A stretch of 41,780 nt of DNA from a virus. Lineage: Duplodnaviria; Caudoviricetes. The notes under the pieces are model-generated. The model had not been told where the DNA came from and made no database searches. It saw only the letters and a program-made list of their open reading frames with translations. Both the position numbers and the translations under genes were made by a program. Shown here piece by piece: positions 10,276 to 18,453 of the stretch (positions within the stretch are counted from its first letter, which is position 1; each line of letters starts with the position of its first letter). The DNA lies in the IMG/VR virus record IMGVR_UViG_3300022407_003708, positions 1 to 41,780 of that record. One strand, given 5' to 3'.

Positions 10276-10497
10276 ATGGCTTTAGAATTCGTACCCGCTG
10301 CAAAGAAATGGCACAAGCGCTGGACCACCTGGTTACTGGCAGCGGCCGGTGTGCTATCGAGCGTCCAGGCTTTCATGCCAGGCGTTCAGCAATACATGTC
10401 GCCGGTCACCTACAGCCTGATCATGATCGGCCTGACCCTGGTCACCGCGCTGGCCGCCCAGGTGAAACAGAAAAGTGTGTCAGGGGGTGAGCAATGA
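10276..10497 (+). CDS. Putative holin (2 TM)
   Basis: 73 aa with two hydrophobic segments; ATGA-coupled to the endolysin. Confidence 0.7.
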   Translation: MALEFVPAAKKWHKRWTTWLLAAAGVLSSVQAFMPGVQQYMSPVTYSLIMIGLTLVTALAAQVKQKSVSGGEQ

Positions 10498-10913
10498 ATG
10501 ACGCTCGCCTGAAAAAGCAGCTCGAGGTCGATGAGCTGCGCAGCAAGAAGATTTACACCGACACCGTGGGCAAAATTTCCGGCGGCATCGGCCGCAACCT
10601 TACCGACAGGGGTTTCAGTGACGATGAGATTGACCTGATGTACGCGAACGATGTGCGCATGGCCGAGGCTGATGCCCGCGCACTGGTGCCCAACTTCGAC
10701 AAGCTGAACGATGTGCGCCAGGAAGTGCTGGTGAATATGTCGTTCAACCTGGGCAAGTCGCGGCTGTCGGGCTTCAAGAAGTTCTTGGCGGCCGTGGCCA
10801 TCCAAGACTTTTCCAGGGCTGCCGATGAAATGAAGGATTCGGCGTGGTATGGCCAGGTGAAAGACCGGGGTGTGCGCCTGGTCTACGCCATGCGTTTCGG
10901 GAGTTTCAAATGA
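10494..10913 (+). CDS. Endolysin, T4-lysozyme-like (GH24)
   Basis: 'DELRSKKIYTDTVGKISGGIGRNL' (E-x8-D-x5-S/T), 'LVNMSFNLG' and 'SAWYGQVKDR'. Confidence 0.9.
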   Translation: MNDARLKKQLEVDELRSKKIYTDTVGKISGGIGRNLTDRGFSDDEIDLMYANDVRMAEADARALVPNFDKLNDVRQEVLVNMSFNLGKSRLSGFKKFLAAVAIQDFSRAADEMKDSAWYGQVKDRGVRLVYAMRFGSFK

Positions 10914-11164
10914 GCATTACCGCAGTCATCGCGCTGATCGGCGCCGCCGTTGTAGCCCTGCTGGGTTTCCTCGGTGGTAACAAGGTCGGCAAGTCCACGG
11001 GGCGCAAGGAGGGTGCCCAGCAGGCCAACCAGGAACAGCAAATAACCCAGGCAAAGGCGACCGTTCAGGCCGTCCAGGAACGTGCAGATGTCGACCAAAA
11101 AATTGCTACTACTCCCCGCGCTGATATTGACCGCGAGCTGTCAGAGTTCAGTCGTCCCGATTGA
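10910..11164 (+). CDS. Inner-membrane spanin (Rz-like)
   Basis: N-terminal TM (MSITAVIALIGAAVVALLGFLGG) followed by a Gln-rich coiled region; ATGA-coupled to the endolysin. Confidence 0.75.
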   Translation: MSITAVIALIGAAVVALLGFLGGNKVGKSTGRKEGAQQANQEQQITQAKATVQAVQERADVDQKIATTPRADIDRELSEFSRPD

Positions 11165-11291
11165 CACCGCGTGCAGCTGGGTAAAGCCGATTTACACCAA
11201 CAAGGCCGACAGGGCAGTCATGGCCGATGAACTGGCGGGGCAACTCGCCGCCCACAATCGATTGTACAAAAGCCACTGCCCAGCCAAATAG
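11088..11291 (+). CDS. Outer-membrane spanin (Rz1-like lipoprotein)
   Basis: Signal peptide MSTKKLLLLPALILTAS-C with a lipobox; overlaps the 3' end of the i-spanin in another frame. Confidence 0.75.
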   Translation: MSTKKLLLLPALILTASCQSSVVPIDTACSWVKPIYTNKADRAVMADELAGQLAAHNRLYKSHCPAK

Positions 11292-11302
11292 GAGTTACCG
11301 CA

Positions 11303-12490
11303 ATGTCATTCAGTCTCGGCAATCAGCCAAACGTGGTGGGCCTGACAAACCGCCAAATCAACACCATGGCCAACGAGGATTCGCGCTATGGCCTGAACAC
11401 TCTCCCGGGCCGCCTGCTGTCCCGCCCGGTGGGTACTGCACTACGTGCCGCGACCCTGGGCAACTCGATCATCGCTGGCGTTAACGGGATCTCGTTCACC
11501 GACCAGGCTTTGTACGCGGGCGGCGGCAATCTCCAATGGCTGGCAAATGGCGGCGTAGCCGGCAACACCACGGCCATGATGCTGGCCCGCATTGATCAAA
11601 GCGTGCCATGGAACACCGAGGTGTGCCTGGTTATGGAAGGTTCGAACGACGCAATCAACGGCGTATCTGTCGATGACCACCGCGCCAACATGGAAGCAAT
11701 TATTCAGCGCCTGCTGTTCCGTGGGATCGTCCCGGTGATCCTGGCCAGCGCCCCGGTAAACGCCCAGCCTGCGGCCGTAACAACCATGGTTGCCGCCGAG
11801 ACCCTGCTGGCCCTCAAGTATGGGGTGTCGATCTATGACCCGTGGCGCAACGTCCTGGACATCGCCAACGGCCAGTGGATTGGCGCCAACACCACGGACG
11901 GAGTTCACCCGACCTTCGCGGCCGCTGTCACCGCCAAAGGCGACTTGAACGGCTTCATCAACGGCACGAACAAGGCCGCCCCCTTCGGGCCTCGAGCGAA
12001 CGCCGTGGGCGTCGGTGGCTACACGTTGTCGGGTGGCAACAACCTCATGGGCACCAACGTTGCCAACGTGCCTACAGGGTGGTCACAGGCCGGCACAGCG
12101 ACACCATCCATCGCGGCCGCGCCTGCTGGGTTCATCGGCAACTTTGCTCGCCTCACTGGCGCCACCGCCAGCGGCAACCCCTATCTGACCAAGACCATCA
12201 GCAGCGGGTGGGCAATCGGTGATGAGCTGGCACTGTCGTTCGCTATCGAAGTGAACGCGGGCAACACCCCCCAGCAAGTTTTCGTGACGCTGCGGGTCGA
12301 CGGTGTGGAACAGCAGGTAATGCAAACGGTGGTGGCCAACATCCCCGCCCAGCGCGTGTTCTACCGCTTCAAGCCGCAGACCCAGGCCGCCCTGGCGTTC
12401 TTCGCCAAACTGAACGGCGCCGGTACGGGCAACTATGTGGGCATCGGGGAATTCGAGGTGTACAACCTGACGCGCCTCGGCGGCCTGTAA
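11303..12490 (+). CDS. SGNH/GDSL esterase with a C-terminal beta-sandwich-like domain
   Basis: Blocks 'LGNSI', 'NGGVAGNTT', 'EGSND' and 'DGVHP'; AGGAG SD. Confidence 0.82.
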   Translation: MSFSLGNQPNVVGLTNRQINTMANEDSRYGLNTLPGRLLSRPVGTALRAATLGNSIIAGVNGISFTDQALYAGGGNLQWLANGGVAGNTTAMMLARIDQSVPWNTEVCLVMEGSNDAINGVSVDDHRANMEAIIQRLLFRGIVPVILASAPVNAQPAAVTTMVAAETLLALKYGVSIYDPWRNVLDIANGQWIGANTTDGVHPTFAAAVTAKGDLNGFINGTNKAAPFGPRANAVGVGGYTLSGGNNLMGTNVANVPTGWSQAGTATPSIAAAPAGFIGNFARLTGATASGNPYLTKTISSGWAIGDELALSFAIEVNAGNTPQQVFVTLRVDGVEQQVMQTVVANIPAQRVFYRFKPQTQAALAFFAKLNGAGTGNYVGIGEFEVYNLTRLGGL

Positions 12491-12503
12491 CCAGGTGCAA
12501 AAG

Positions 12504-12528
12504 AAAGGGGCCATTGCGGCCCCTTTTT
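12504..12528. terminator. Bidirectional intrinsic terminator
   Basis: AAAGGGGCC-ATTGC-GGCCCCTTTTT between the convergent late and early arms. Confidence 0.88.
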
Positions 12529-12704
12529 CATTCCTTCTTGTCGAACATCAACAGGTTATCGAAAGCCTCATCCCGCAGTTGCTGGGCGTGGCGTTCCTGC
12601 CTGATCTTGCTGCACCGGGCGTGAACTTTGAGGCTTCGCGGCCGGTTGCACACGTCGCAGGTGTAGGGTAGGTCAGGGCACCCGGATTGCAGTTTACCCC
12701 TCAC
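12528..12704 (-). CDS. Small putative zinc-binding protein (58 aa), absent from the ORF track
   Basis: GTG start overlapping the upstream stop. Translation MRGKLQSGCPDLPYTCDVCNRPRSLKVHARCSKIRQ...; C-x2-C-x8-H-x2-C. Confidence 0.7.
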   Translation of the reverse strand: MRGKLQSGCPDLPYTCDVCNRPRSLKVHARCSKIRQERHAQQLRDEAFDNLLMFDKKE

Positions 12705-12882
12705 TTTCTGGCGCCTTCCCGCAGACCTTCGCCAGACGTTCCTTGCTTTGCTCCACCAGCTTCTGACGGTCGAGGGGATCTGTCGTCAATACCGGCATTG
12801 GTACAAACTCCACCTGGTTGCGTGCCAGGCTTCGCGCCAGCTGCATTGCGGCGCGGATGTTCGGGTTTATTTCTCGCTTCAT
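12694..12882 (-). CDS. Small protein, DUF1382-like
   Basis: 'LARSLARNQVEFVPMPV' resembles the lambdoid DUF1382 motif (G/V-x-x-FVPIPV) as I recall it. Confidence 0.55.
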   Translation of the reverse strand: MKREINPNIRAAMQLARSLARNQVEFVPMPVLTTDPLDRQKLVEQSKERLAKVCGKAPESEG

Positions 12883-13051
12883 TTTCGATGTTCTCCAGCT
12901 CTATCAGTAATTTGCGTTGACGTTCCAGGCGCCGCACTGACTTTCCGAAGCGCTTGGCCAGGACAGTCAGCGGGATATTGCGTGCCAGGATCAGTTGGTT
13001 TTGCGCTTCCGTGTAGCGGACCGCCTCCATCACCTCGGCAATGAAACTCAT
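12701..13051 (-). CDS. Hypothetical protein (HTH-like N-terminal half)
   Basis: ATGA-coupled to the upstream gene; 'LTVLAKRFGKSVRRLERQR'. The C-terminal half overlaps 12694-12882. Confidence 0.55.
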   Translation of the reverse strand: MSFIAEVMEAVRYTEAQNQLILARNIPLTVLAKRFGKSVRRLERQRKLLIELENIENEARNKPEHPRRNAAGAKPGTQPGGVCTNAGIDDRSPRPSEAGGAKQGTSGEGLREGARK

Positions 13052-13398
13052 GGTGCATCGTCCAGAATTTCGAAGCGCCGATAGTTCAGCTTGTACAGGT
13101 GCATCGCCAGCTCTTGGTGTGTGACGCGGGCGCCGGTCAGGCCGTGATATTCGGCGATCTCATCGGCCAGTTTGTCGATGGCATCGCTACGGGCATCCGC
13201 ATTTACTTCAGCGGCCGTCTTTTCGGGCCTATCAAAAACCTGCCAGCCAGATTTCCCAACCATGTCTTTTTTGAGGTACGCGGTAGAACTGATGTGCTGG
13301 TATCGGTCGCCAGTGTCAGTGCAGAAAAATTCCTTTTTAAATTCGGGATCGGTGCACTTAATCAGGTGGGTTGCACGATCAGGCCATTCAGTTTTCAT
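13048..13398 (-). CDS. Hypothetical protein (116 aa)
   Basis: CTGGAG SD before the ATG at 13398 (MKTEWPDRATH...). Confidence 0.75.
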   Translation of the reverse strand: MKTEWPDRATHLIKCTDPEFKKEFFCTDTGDRYQHISSTAYLKKDMVGKSGWQVFDRPEKTAAEVNADARSDAIDKLADEIAEYHGLTGARVTHQELAMHLYKLNYRRFEILDDAP

Positions 13399-13430
13399 CG
13401 GTCTAACTCCAGTTTCGGGGGGGGGTGGTG

Positions 13431-14360
13431 TTATTGGTCGTCGTCCAGCTCGTCGCGGGCCCGCTCGATTGCTTCCTGCTCGTCGGCGCGCTCGCCAATC
13501 TGGTCTCGGATGAAGTCGATGCGTTCCTTCTGTGCGTCCCAAATATCGGTGTCGATATTGGCTTCGATTCGGCTGGTAACCAGGCTGTTCAGGTACTGCG
13601 GTGTCAGGGCGTCCAGCTCCCAACTTGATTCGCCGTATTCCTGCTGATACTGGGCGTATCTGGAGTCGGTTGTTTTGGCCGGGTTTTCTGGTGGGTTGAC
13701 TTCCTCGATTTGATCCATCGATAAAGCAATACGGTCAACGGTCCACGGGCCCAGGCGATTGTCGGTGAACATCGATATGCGTTCTTGTAGGTCGCGGGTC
13801 ATGTCGATCCCGCTGGGGTCGTGGTCGCCCAGGTGCAGGATAATCGGCAGCTGGCCAGCCCGCAGGCACGGCAGCAACATTTCCTTGGCGAACTCCCGCA
13901 ACACGGTGCCGCTCGGGTACCCACGGGCGGCCAAGATCGGTACGTCATATTTCCGGCAAGTCGACTCGAGGACGCCCACCAACGCCTCTTTCTCGATGAT
14001 CACGAACACCCGGCTTTCCTGGTCAACCCAACGATCTTCATCGTATTGGCGCGCGCAAGCCCTGATGATCTCGCCGCCGGATGTCCAGTGGGAGCCGGTA
14101 ACGAACTCCCGCGTGCGGTCCACGATTGCATCCCAATCGAGTTCGCCGGCCAGCTTGGCGTCGTTGATAATGCTGGCCGCGCGCTTGTAGGACTGGAGCG
14201 TGTTTTCAATCACGCCACGGGCCACGAGCTGGTAATACAGCTGGCGCACGGTCAGGTCATAGCCCTGGCGCTGATACTCATCAATGATGGAATCCATCGT
14301 GTAGATCAGTTCGGCATGGGCCTTGGAAAAAACTTTGGGGATGTAGCATTGCTTGCTCAT
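13431..14360 (-). CDS. Topoisomerase VI-A/Spo11-like WHD-TOPRIM protein ('Mini-A' type)
   Basis: 'LTVRQLYY' (region of the catalytic Tyr), 'IEKEAL' (TOPRIM Glu), 'RGYPS', 'GDHDPSG' (DxD) and 'WELDAL'. Confidence 0.8.
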   Translation of the reverse strand: MSKQCYIPKVFSKAHAELIYTMDSIIDEYQRQGYDLTVRQLYYQLVARGVIENTLQSYKRAASIINDAKLAGELDWDAIVDRTREFVTGSHWTSGGEIIRACARQYDEDRWVDQESRVFVIIEKEALVGVLESTCRKYDVPILAARGYPSGTVLREFAKEMLLPCLRAGQLPIILHLGDHDPSGIDMTRDLQERISMFTDNRLGPWTVDRIALSMDQIEEVNPPENPAKTTDSRYAQYQQEYGESSWELDALTPQYLNSLVTSRIEANIDTDIWDAQKERIDFIRDQIGERADEQEAIERARDELDDDQ

Positions 14361-14403
14361 CGGTCATTGCTCCAGTTGCCGGCGGTGCCGGCTGTAGGGG
14401 TCG

Positions 14404-15036
14404 TTATTCGAAACCACGGGCTTGCATGGCAAAGAACACTTTGGCGCACGCCTCGGCGTCAGGGCGCGCCCGGTGGGCCTGGCCAATCACCTCACCAGGA
14501 AAGAAGAACGACAGCGCTTCTTGCATGGTTGGCGTTTTGAACGTGTTCTTGAAACGGCTGTTCAGCATCTTTTCAGTGGGCGGGCATTTGACGATGTTCT
14601 TTGTGCTGTTGGCGGTGCAGTAGACGGGCTTCAACTTGAAGCGGTCGGCCGGCGCATCGCCAAAGTAGCGCTTGATCGCGATCCGCATAATACGGTCGTC
14701 AAAGCTGACGTTGTGGGCCACACGAACGTCGGCCTTTTTGTGGACCTGGCCAAACTGGTGAACGGCTTCAATTTCAGGGATTCCGTTGATGATGAGGAAG
14801 TCCGTCGACAGCCCGGTCAACTCCTCGACGTCCTGCGGGATCACCCAGCCATCGGGCTTTACCAGGGCGTCCATGTATTCGATCACCTCACCCTCACGGC
14901 TGAACAGGATGCAACACAGGTCTGTCAGGTGCGGCTGGTTGGCGCCCTCGCTGGGTTCTTTCCAGATCGGCAAGCCGGTGGTTTCGGTGTCGTAGATGGC
15001 GAAGCGTGTGGCTTTGGTCAAGATTTCGATAGTCAT
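14404..15036 (-). CDS. DEDDh 3'-5' exonuclease (DnaQ-like)
   Basis: 'YDTETTG', 'AHNVSFD' and 'AHRARPD' motifs; CTGGAG SD. Confidence 0.9.
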   Translation of the reverse strand: MTIEILTKATRFAIYDTETTGLPIWKEPSEGANQPHLTDLCCILFSREGEVIEYMDALVKPDGWVIPQDVEELTGLSTDFLIINGIPEIEAVHQFGQVHKKADVRVAHNVSFDDRIMRIAIKRYFGDAPADRFKLKPVYCTANSTKNIVKCPPTEKMLNSRFKNTFKTPTMQEALSFFFPGEVIGQAHRARPDAEACAKVFFAMQARGFE

Positions 15037-15080
15037 GGTCTTACTCCAGTTGCGTGTTTTTCCACATGAAAAGAGGCGCC

Positions 15081-16385
15081 TTACATCAGGCATTCGATAA
15101 AGATTTGCGCTTGCGCAGCGTTAACAGCGTTTCCGTAGGCGCGCAGTCGTCCCACGCGATTGGGAGCCCCATTAGCCAGCGGGAATGTGCCGGGTTCAAC
15201 TGGCCGCCACTTTCCATCCCGGCAGAGGAGCCAATCAGCAGCTGACCACAGGCTGTAAACCGCGCCGGTTGATCCATTTTCAGCAGCACCACCACATCCC
15301 CCAGCCTGGGCCCCCGGTCCCTGCCGTCCTGGCGCATTGCCCTGTCCATCGTCCCCGACCGGGAGTCGGATGTGATCGGCGTTGGCCAACCCGCCATTTT
15401 CGACATCTGGCCCAGGCTCTGCCCCGTCATCCCCTCGGTGATCCCCGTCCCGCCGCGCGTCCCGTCCGAGTGTGCCGGTGTCTGCCAGCCCGCCATCCCC
15501 GCCGCCCTGGGCAGATCCCGGGCACTGTGACGGCTGTTGTTCTCCTCGGCCCCGCAACTGCCGTTCCAGTCCAGCACCAGGGGCGTCGGCCACCCGGCCA
15601 TCCTGGAAGCACCCGCCAAGGTTTCGATTCCCCGATGGGTTTCCGGCTGCGTCTGCGTGTTGGTTGTTGGTGTTGGCCAGCCGGCGAGCGGCGCCGTCTC
15701 GCTCAATCCCATCATGCCCGGCCGAGGGCTTACCGCTCCCCGCTTGGTCGCGTCCGTCGCTGTGCAGGTTGGCCAGCCCGCCAGGTGTACGGCTTGATTG
15801 TTCAGTTGCTCGCCCTTCGACCCGCCGCCCCGCTCGGCCCACGGCTCCAAATTTGCCGTGCGGAAGTCCCTCATTGTTGGAGTGGCCCACCCAGTAGATG
15901 CGGTCCCTGATGTGCGGGGCACCGACGCTCGCAGCCGGAAACGGGACGGCCCCGTAGGAGTAATCCATGGTTTCCATGTCAGCCTGTACAAGGTCGACCC
16001 AAGGCCCAATAATTTTTCCTGCAACCTGTTCTCCAACAACGACTGGAGGGCGGCGCTCCCCGATGAGCCAGGACAGACTTGGCCATAGGTGCCTTGGGTC
16101 CGCAAATGCAGCTCCAAGGCCTGCCGCGCTGAAAGGCTGGCACGGGCAACTGGCAGTCCAGATTGGTCGCGTATCGTCCCATCCAGCGCGACGAAGTGCG
16201 AGGGACCAAACTCCAATCCCGGCGAAGAAATGGCATTGCGTGAAGCCTTTGAGGTCGTCCGGCGTGACATCTTCAATACTCCTTTCGTCCACGTAGCCGG
16301 GCGCGATGTGCCCGGCCTTGATCAAGTTCCGTAGCCATTGGGCGGCATACGGGTCGAACTCGTTGTAATACGCCGTATGCGCCAC
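15081..16385 (-). CDS. DNA cytosine-C5 methyltransferase, alpha (main) subunit
   Basis: Motif I 'FFAGIG', IV 'SCPCQPFS', VI 'GEQV', VIII 'PHIRDRIY' and X 'RAYGNAV'. No motif IX in this frame. Confidence 0.9.
   Translation of the reverse strand: MAHTAYYNEFDPYAAQWLRNLIKAGHIAPGYVDERSIEDVTPDDLKGFTQCHFFAGIGVWSLALRRAGWDDTRPIWTASCPCQPFSAAGLGAAFADPRHLWPSLSWLIGERRPPVVVGEQVAGKIIGPWVDLVQADMETMDYSYGAVPFPAASVGAPHIRDRIYWVGHSNNEGLPHGKFGAVGRAGRRVEGRATEQSSRTPGGLANLHSDGRDQAGSGKPSAGHDGIERDGAARRLANTNNQHADAAGNPSGNRNLGGCFQDGRVADAPGAGLERQLRGRGEQQPSQCPGSAQGGGDGGLADTGTLGRDARRDGDHRGDDGAEPGPDVENGGLANADHIRLPVGDDGQGNAPGRQGPGAQAGGCGGAAENGSTGAVYSLWSAADWLLCRDGKWRPVEPGTFPLANGAPNRVGRLRAYGNAVNAAQAQIFIECLM
15086..16270 (-). 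CDS. Nested alternative-frame ORF: putative methyltransferase beta subunit (motif IX plus six GWxT modules)
   Basis: 394 open codons inside the MTase gene. AAAGGAG SD 8 nt before ATG 16270. C-terminal '[13 protein letters not shown]' is motif IX-like. Confidence 0.78.
   Translation of the reverse strand: MSRRTTSKASRNAISSPGLEFGPSHFVALDGTIRDQSGLPVARASLSARQALELHLRTQGTYGQVCPGSSGSAALQSLLENRLQEKLLGLGSTLYRLTWKPWITPTGPSRFRLRASVPRTSGTASTGWATPTMRDFRTANLEPWAERGGGSKGEQLNNQAVHLAGWPTCTATDATKRGAVSPRPGMMGLSETAPLAGWPTPTTNTQTQPETHRGIETLAGASRMAGWPTPLVLDWNGSCGAEENNSRHSARDLPRAAGMAGWQTPAHSDGTRGGTGITEGMTGQSLGQMSKMAGWPTPITSDSRSGTMDRAMRQDGRDRGPRLGDVVVLLKMDQPARFTACGQLLIGSSAGMESGGQLNPAHSRWLMGLPIAWDDCAPTETLLTLRKRKSLSNA
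15377..15895 (-). repeat. Six degenerate tandem modules (~87-114 nt) in the MTase variable region
   Basis: Beta frame reads GWATP, GWPTC, GWPTP, GWPTP, GWQTP and GWPTP. Alpha frame reads GLAN/GLAD-like words. Confidence 0.8.
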
Positions 16386-16388
16386 TGA

Positions 16389-18128
16389 TCAGGCTCCCCG
16401 AACGGTGCCGTTTTCGATGAACACCTGGGTCACCTCGGCCGGCATGCTCGGCCAAACATCCTTGGCGGTACCGCAGATAATCGCTTGATCCATCAGGTTC
16501 ATGGCCACCAGCTCCAGCAGCAAGCCGACCAGCTGCCCGCGCCCCTTGATGTCCAGAACGTCGAACCGATCCAGGACCAGAAAGCGCAGTTCGGAGATTT
16601 GGGCGATGGCGCAGGCAATCAGCGTGTCGATACGCCATTTTGCCGACTCGCTCATGAGGCCATACAGGCGGCCGGCGGCGGTGATTTCCATGTCGTTGCC
16701 GATCACCACCTTTTTCCAGCCCGACAGCCGCGACAGGATGGCGAGCGAATCGTTTACCGGCTTGATGGCGGTTGCCAGGATTTCGGCCGGGATACCGTCC
16801 GGTGCCAGGGCGTCGGCAATTTCCAGCCATGCCAGGACGTCCTGGTGGTGTTTCTTGGCGTCGGCGTTGGTCTGTTCGGCGGTTTCCAGCAGTTCCTGGC
16901 GCTGTTTCATGGCCTCGACACGGATACGCAACTTGCCGGCACGGTCGCGGCAACCCGCCAGGGCTTCCTGTGCAACGCGTAGGGCGTCCTCTTTGACATC
17001 CGGCACGCCAGCGGCGATGTGTGCTTCCAGGTCGTTGGCGGCATTCTGCGCGGTCGTGACGGCGGCAATATCGTTGTCGATAGTGCGTTTCATCATGTCG
17101 ATGGCGCTTCGGGTCTTGGTCAGGTTCAGCGCCAAATCGCTGGTGGCCTTGGTGTCAGCCTTGAGCCCGGCGAATTTCTCCAGGGTCTGGCCCTTGATCG
17201 TCAGTTCAGCATCGCAGCAAGGGCACTTGACCGGTACCACACCGGCCTGGGCCTCGGCCAATTTGGTCTGGTTGGCCTTGAAAGAGTTTTCCAGTTCTTC
17301 CAGCGATTCGCGGTCGGTCTGGAGCTTTACCTGGGCCCGCTGCAACAGCCCGGCGGCCTCCTCCAGTTCATCCTTGCGGGTGTAGAACGTGGCGGCCTGT
17401 TCGATCTGCCCTTCCAGTTTGGTGATGTAGGCAATACCGTTTTCGACGTCGGCCTGTTCCTTGGCGTGCTTTTTGATTTCTTTGTTGATGGCTTCGGGCG
17501 AAACGTCCGGCATGTCCGGGGCTTCGGGGATGTGGATTTTCCAGCCCTCGGACTGCTTGGAGCCCCAGTTGTCGCCGGTCAGTTGCCGGAACGCGCCCTT
17601 GGCTTCCTTGGCGCGGCTGGCGGCCTCATCGGACGAGGACGGGAAACCACCTTTCAACAGCGGCTTGATGATTTCCACCAGATCGGGGCGGCATTTGCGC
17701 TCAAGCAGCATGCCCACGGTGGTGTCGGTGCTGGCGCGGCAGTTGGTCAGGCGGAACAGGAACGAACGGCGCTCGTCCGTGGATTTCTCGGCGAACAGAC
17801 TGGTCTTGATCAGGTACGGCAGATGTTCTACGCCGGGCAGATTGGCCACCTGATGTTCACCGCCGGGCAACTTGTATTCGCCCAGCACCGCATCGCCGTT
17901 GGCCAGGGTCACGCGGCCCTTTTTAGAATCATCGTGCAGCAGCTGGCCAAGTTCCTTTTTCAGCTTTACCCGGGAAGGCTCGCCGAGGATTGCCATGCTG
18001 ATTGCATCGCTCAAGCTGGATTTCCCGGCCTCGTTGTTGCCCAGCACCATCAGTAATGGGCTGTTCAATTCGATGTCGACGCGGGAAAGGGCCAGAACAT
18101 TGGATACTTCGATTTTGGATATTTTCAC
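16389..18128 (-). CDS. Rad50/SbcC-like ABC ATPase with coiled coil and zinc hook
   Basis: Walker A 'GNNEAGKSS', central 'CPCC', degenerate signature 'MSESAK' and Walker B 'FLVLDRFD'. Confidence 0.85.
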   Translation of the reverse strand: MKISKIEVSNVLALSRVDIELNSPLLMVLGNNEAGKSSLSDAISMAILGEPSRVKLKKELGQLLHDDSKKGRVTLANGDAVLGEYKLPGGEHQVANLPGVEHLPYLIKTSLFAEKSTDERRSFLFRLTNCRASTDTTVGMLLERKCRPDLVEIIKPLLKGGFPSSSDEAASRAKEAKGAFRQLTGDNWGSKQSEGWKIHIPEAPDMPDVSPEAINKEIKKHAKEQADVENGIAYITKLEGQIEQAATFYTRKDELEEAAGLLQRAQVKLQTDRESLEELENSFKANQTKLAEAQAGVVPVKCPCCDAELTIKGQTLEKFAGLKADTKATSDLALNLTKTRSAIDMMKRTIDNDIAAVTTAQNAANDLEAHIAAGVPDVKEDALRVAQEALAGCRDRAGKLRIRVEAMKQRQELLETAEQTNADAKKHHQDVLAWLEIADALAPDGIPAEILATAIKPVNDSLAILSRLSGWKKVVIGNDMEITAAGRLYGLMSESAKWRIDTLIACAIAQISELRFLVLDRFDVLDIKGRGQLVGLLLELVAMNLMDQAIICGTAKDVWPSMPAEVTQVFIENGTVRGA

Positions 18129-18140
18129 GGCTTTGAGTTC

Positions 18141-18332
18141 CTATTTGTGGTCGGGGCTTTGCAGCAGCTGTTGGGTTTTTTCATAGCGCTTTCGTTCCAG
18201 CTGGACCATTTGGCGGAACCACTTACCGCCCAGGTGTTCACGGAAGAACTCCCAGTTCTCATCGTCCATTCGGAGCGTTCTACTTTTCTGCGGGTTGGCT
18301 ACCCGTGTGGTTGCGGGCTTTTTGGTGGTCAT
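18141..18332 (-). CDS. Small DNA-binding protein, ribbon-helix-helix-like (63 aa)
   Basis: GAGAGG SD; 'SRTLRMDDENWEFFRE' fits the RHH beta-strand/helix pattern; first gene after a promoter. Confidence 0.6.
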   Translation of the reverse strand: MTTKKPATTRVANPQKSRTLRMDDENWEFFREHLGGKWFRQMVQLERKRYEKTQQLLQSPDHK

Positions 18333-18354
18333 GGTGGGTTGCCTCTCATAATCT

Positions 18355-18402
18355 TGCACTTGCATTGTATGGGGTGTATTGCACTTGCGCAACGCAATTG
18401 CA
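18355..18402 (-). promoter_or_regulatory. Sigma70 promoter with TGCA-N2-TGCA-type operator boxes
   Basis: TTGCGC (18392-18387)-17 bp-TACAAT (18369-18364). Boxes at 18355, 18380 and 18393. Confidence 0.75.
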
Positions 18403-18403
18403 T

Positions 18404-18434
18404 AAAAAAACCCCAGCGGGTTAGGCCGGGGTTT
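18404..18434 (-). terminator. Intrinsic terminator after the FtsK-gamma gene
   Basis: AAAACCCCGGC...GCTGGGGTTTTTTT on the minus strand. Confidence 0.8.
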
Positions 18435-18453
18435 TCCGTCGTGCGCTGCGGCG

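Noticed and set aside
13417-13425. G9 homopolymer as a phase-variation switch
   Set aside because: It is intergenic, upstream of the SD of the 13398 gene, so length changes would not shift a supported reading frame.
15377-15895. CRISPR-like array or DGR repeats
   Set aside because: The repeats are degenerate, codon-phased and protein-coding; there is no cas or reverse transcriptase gene.
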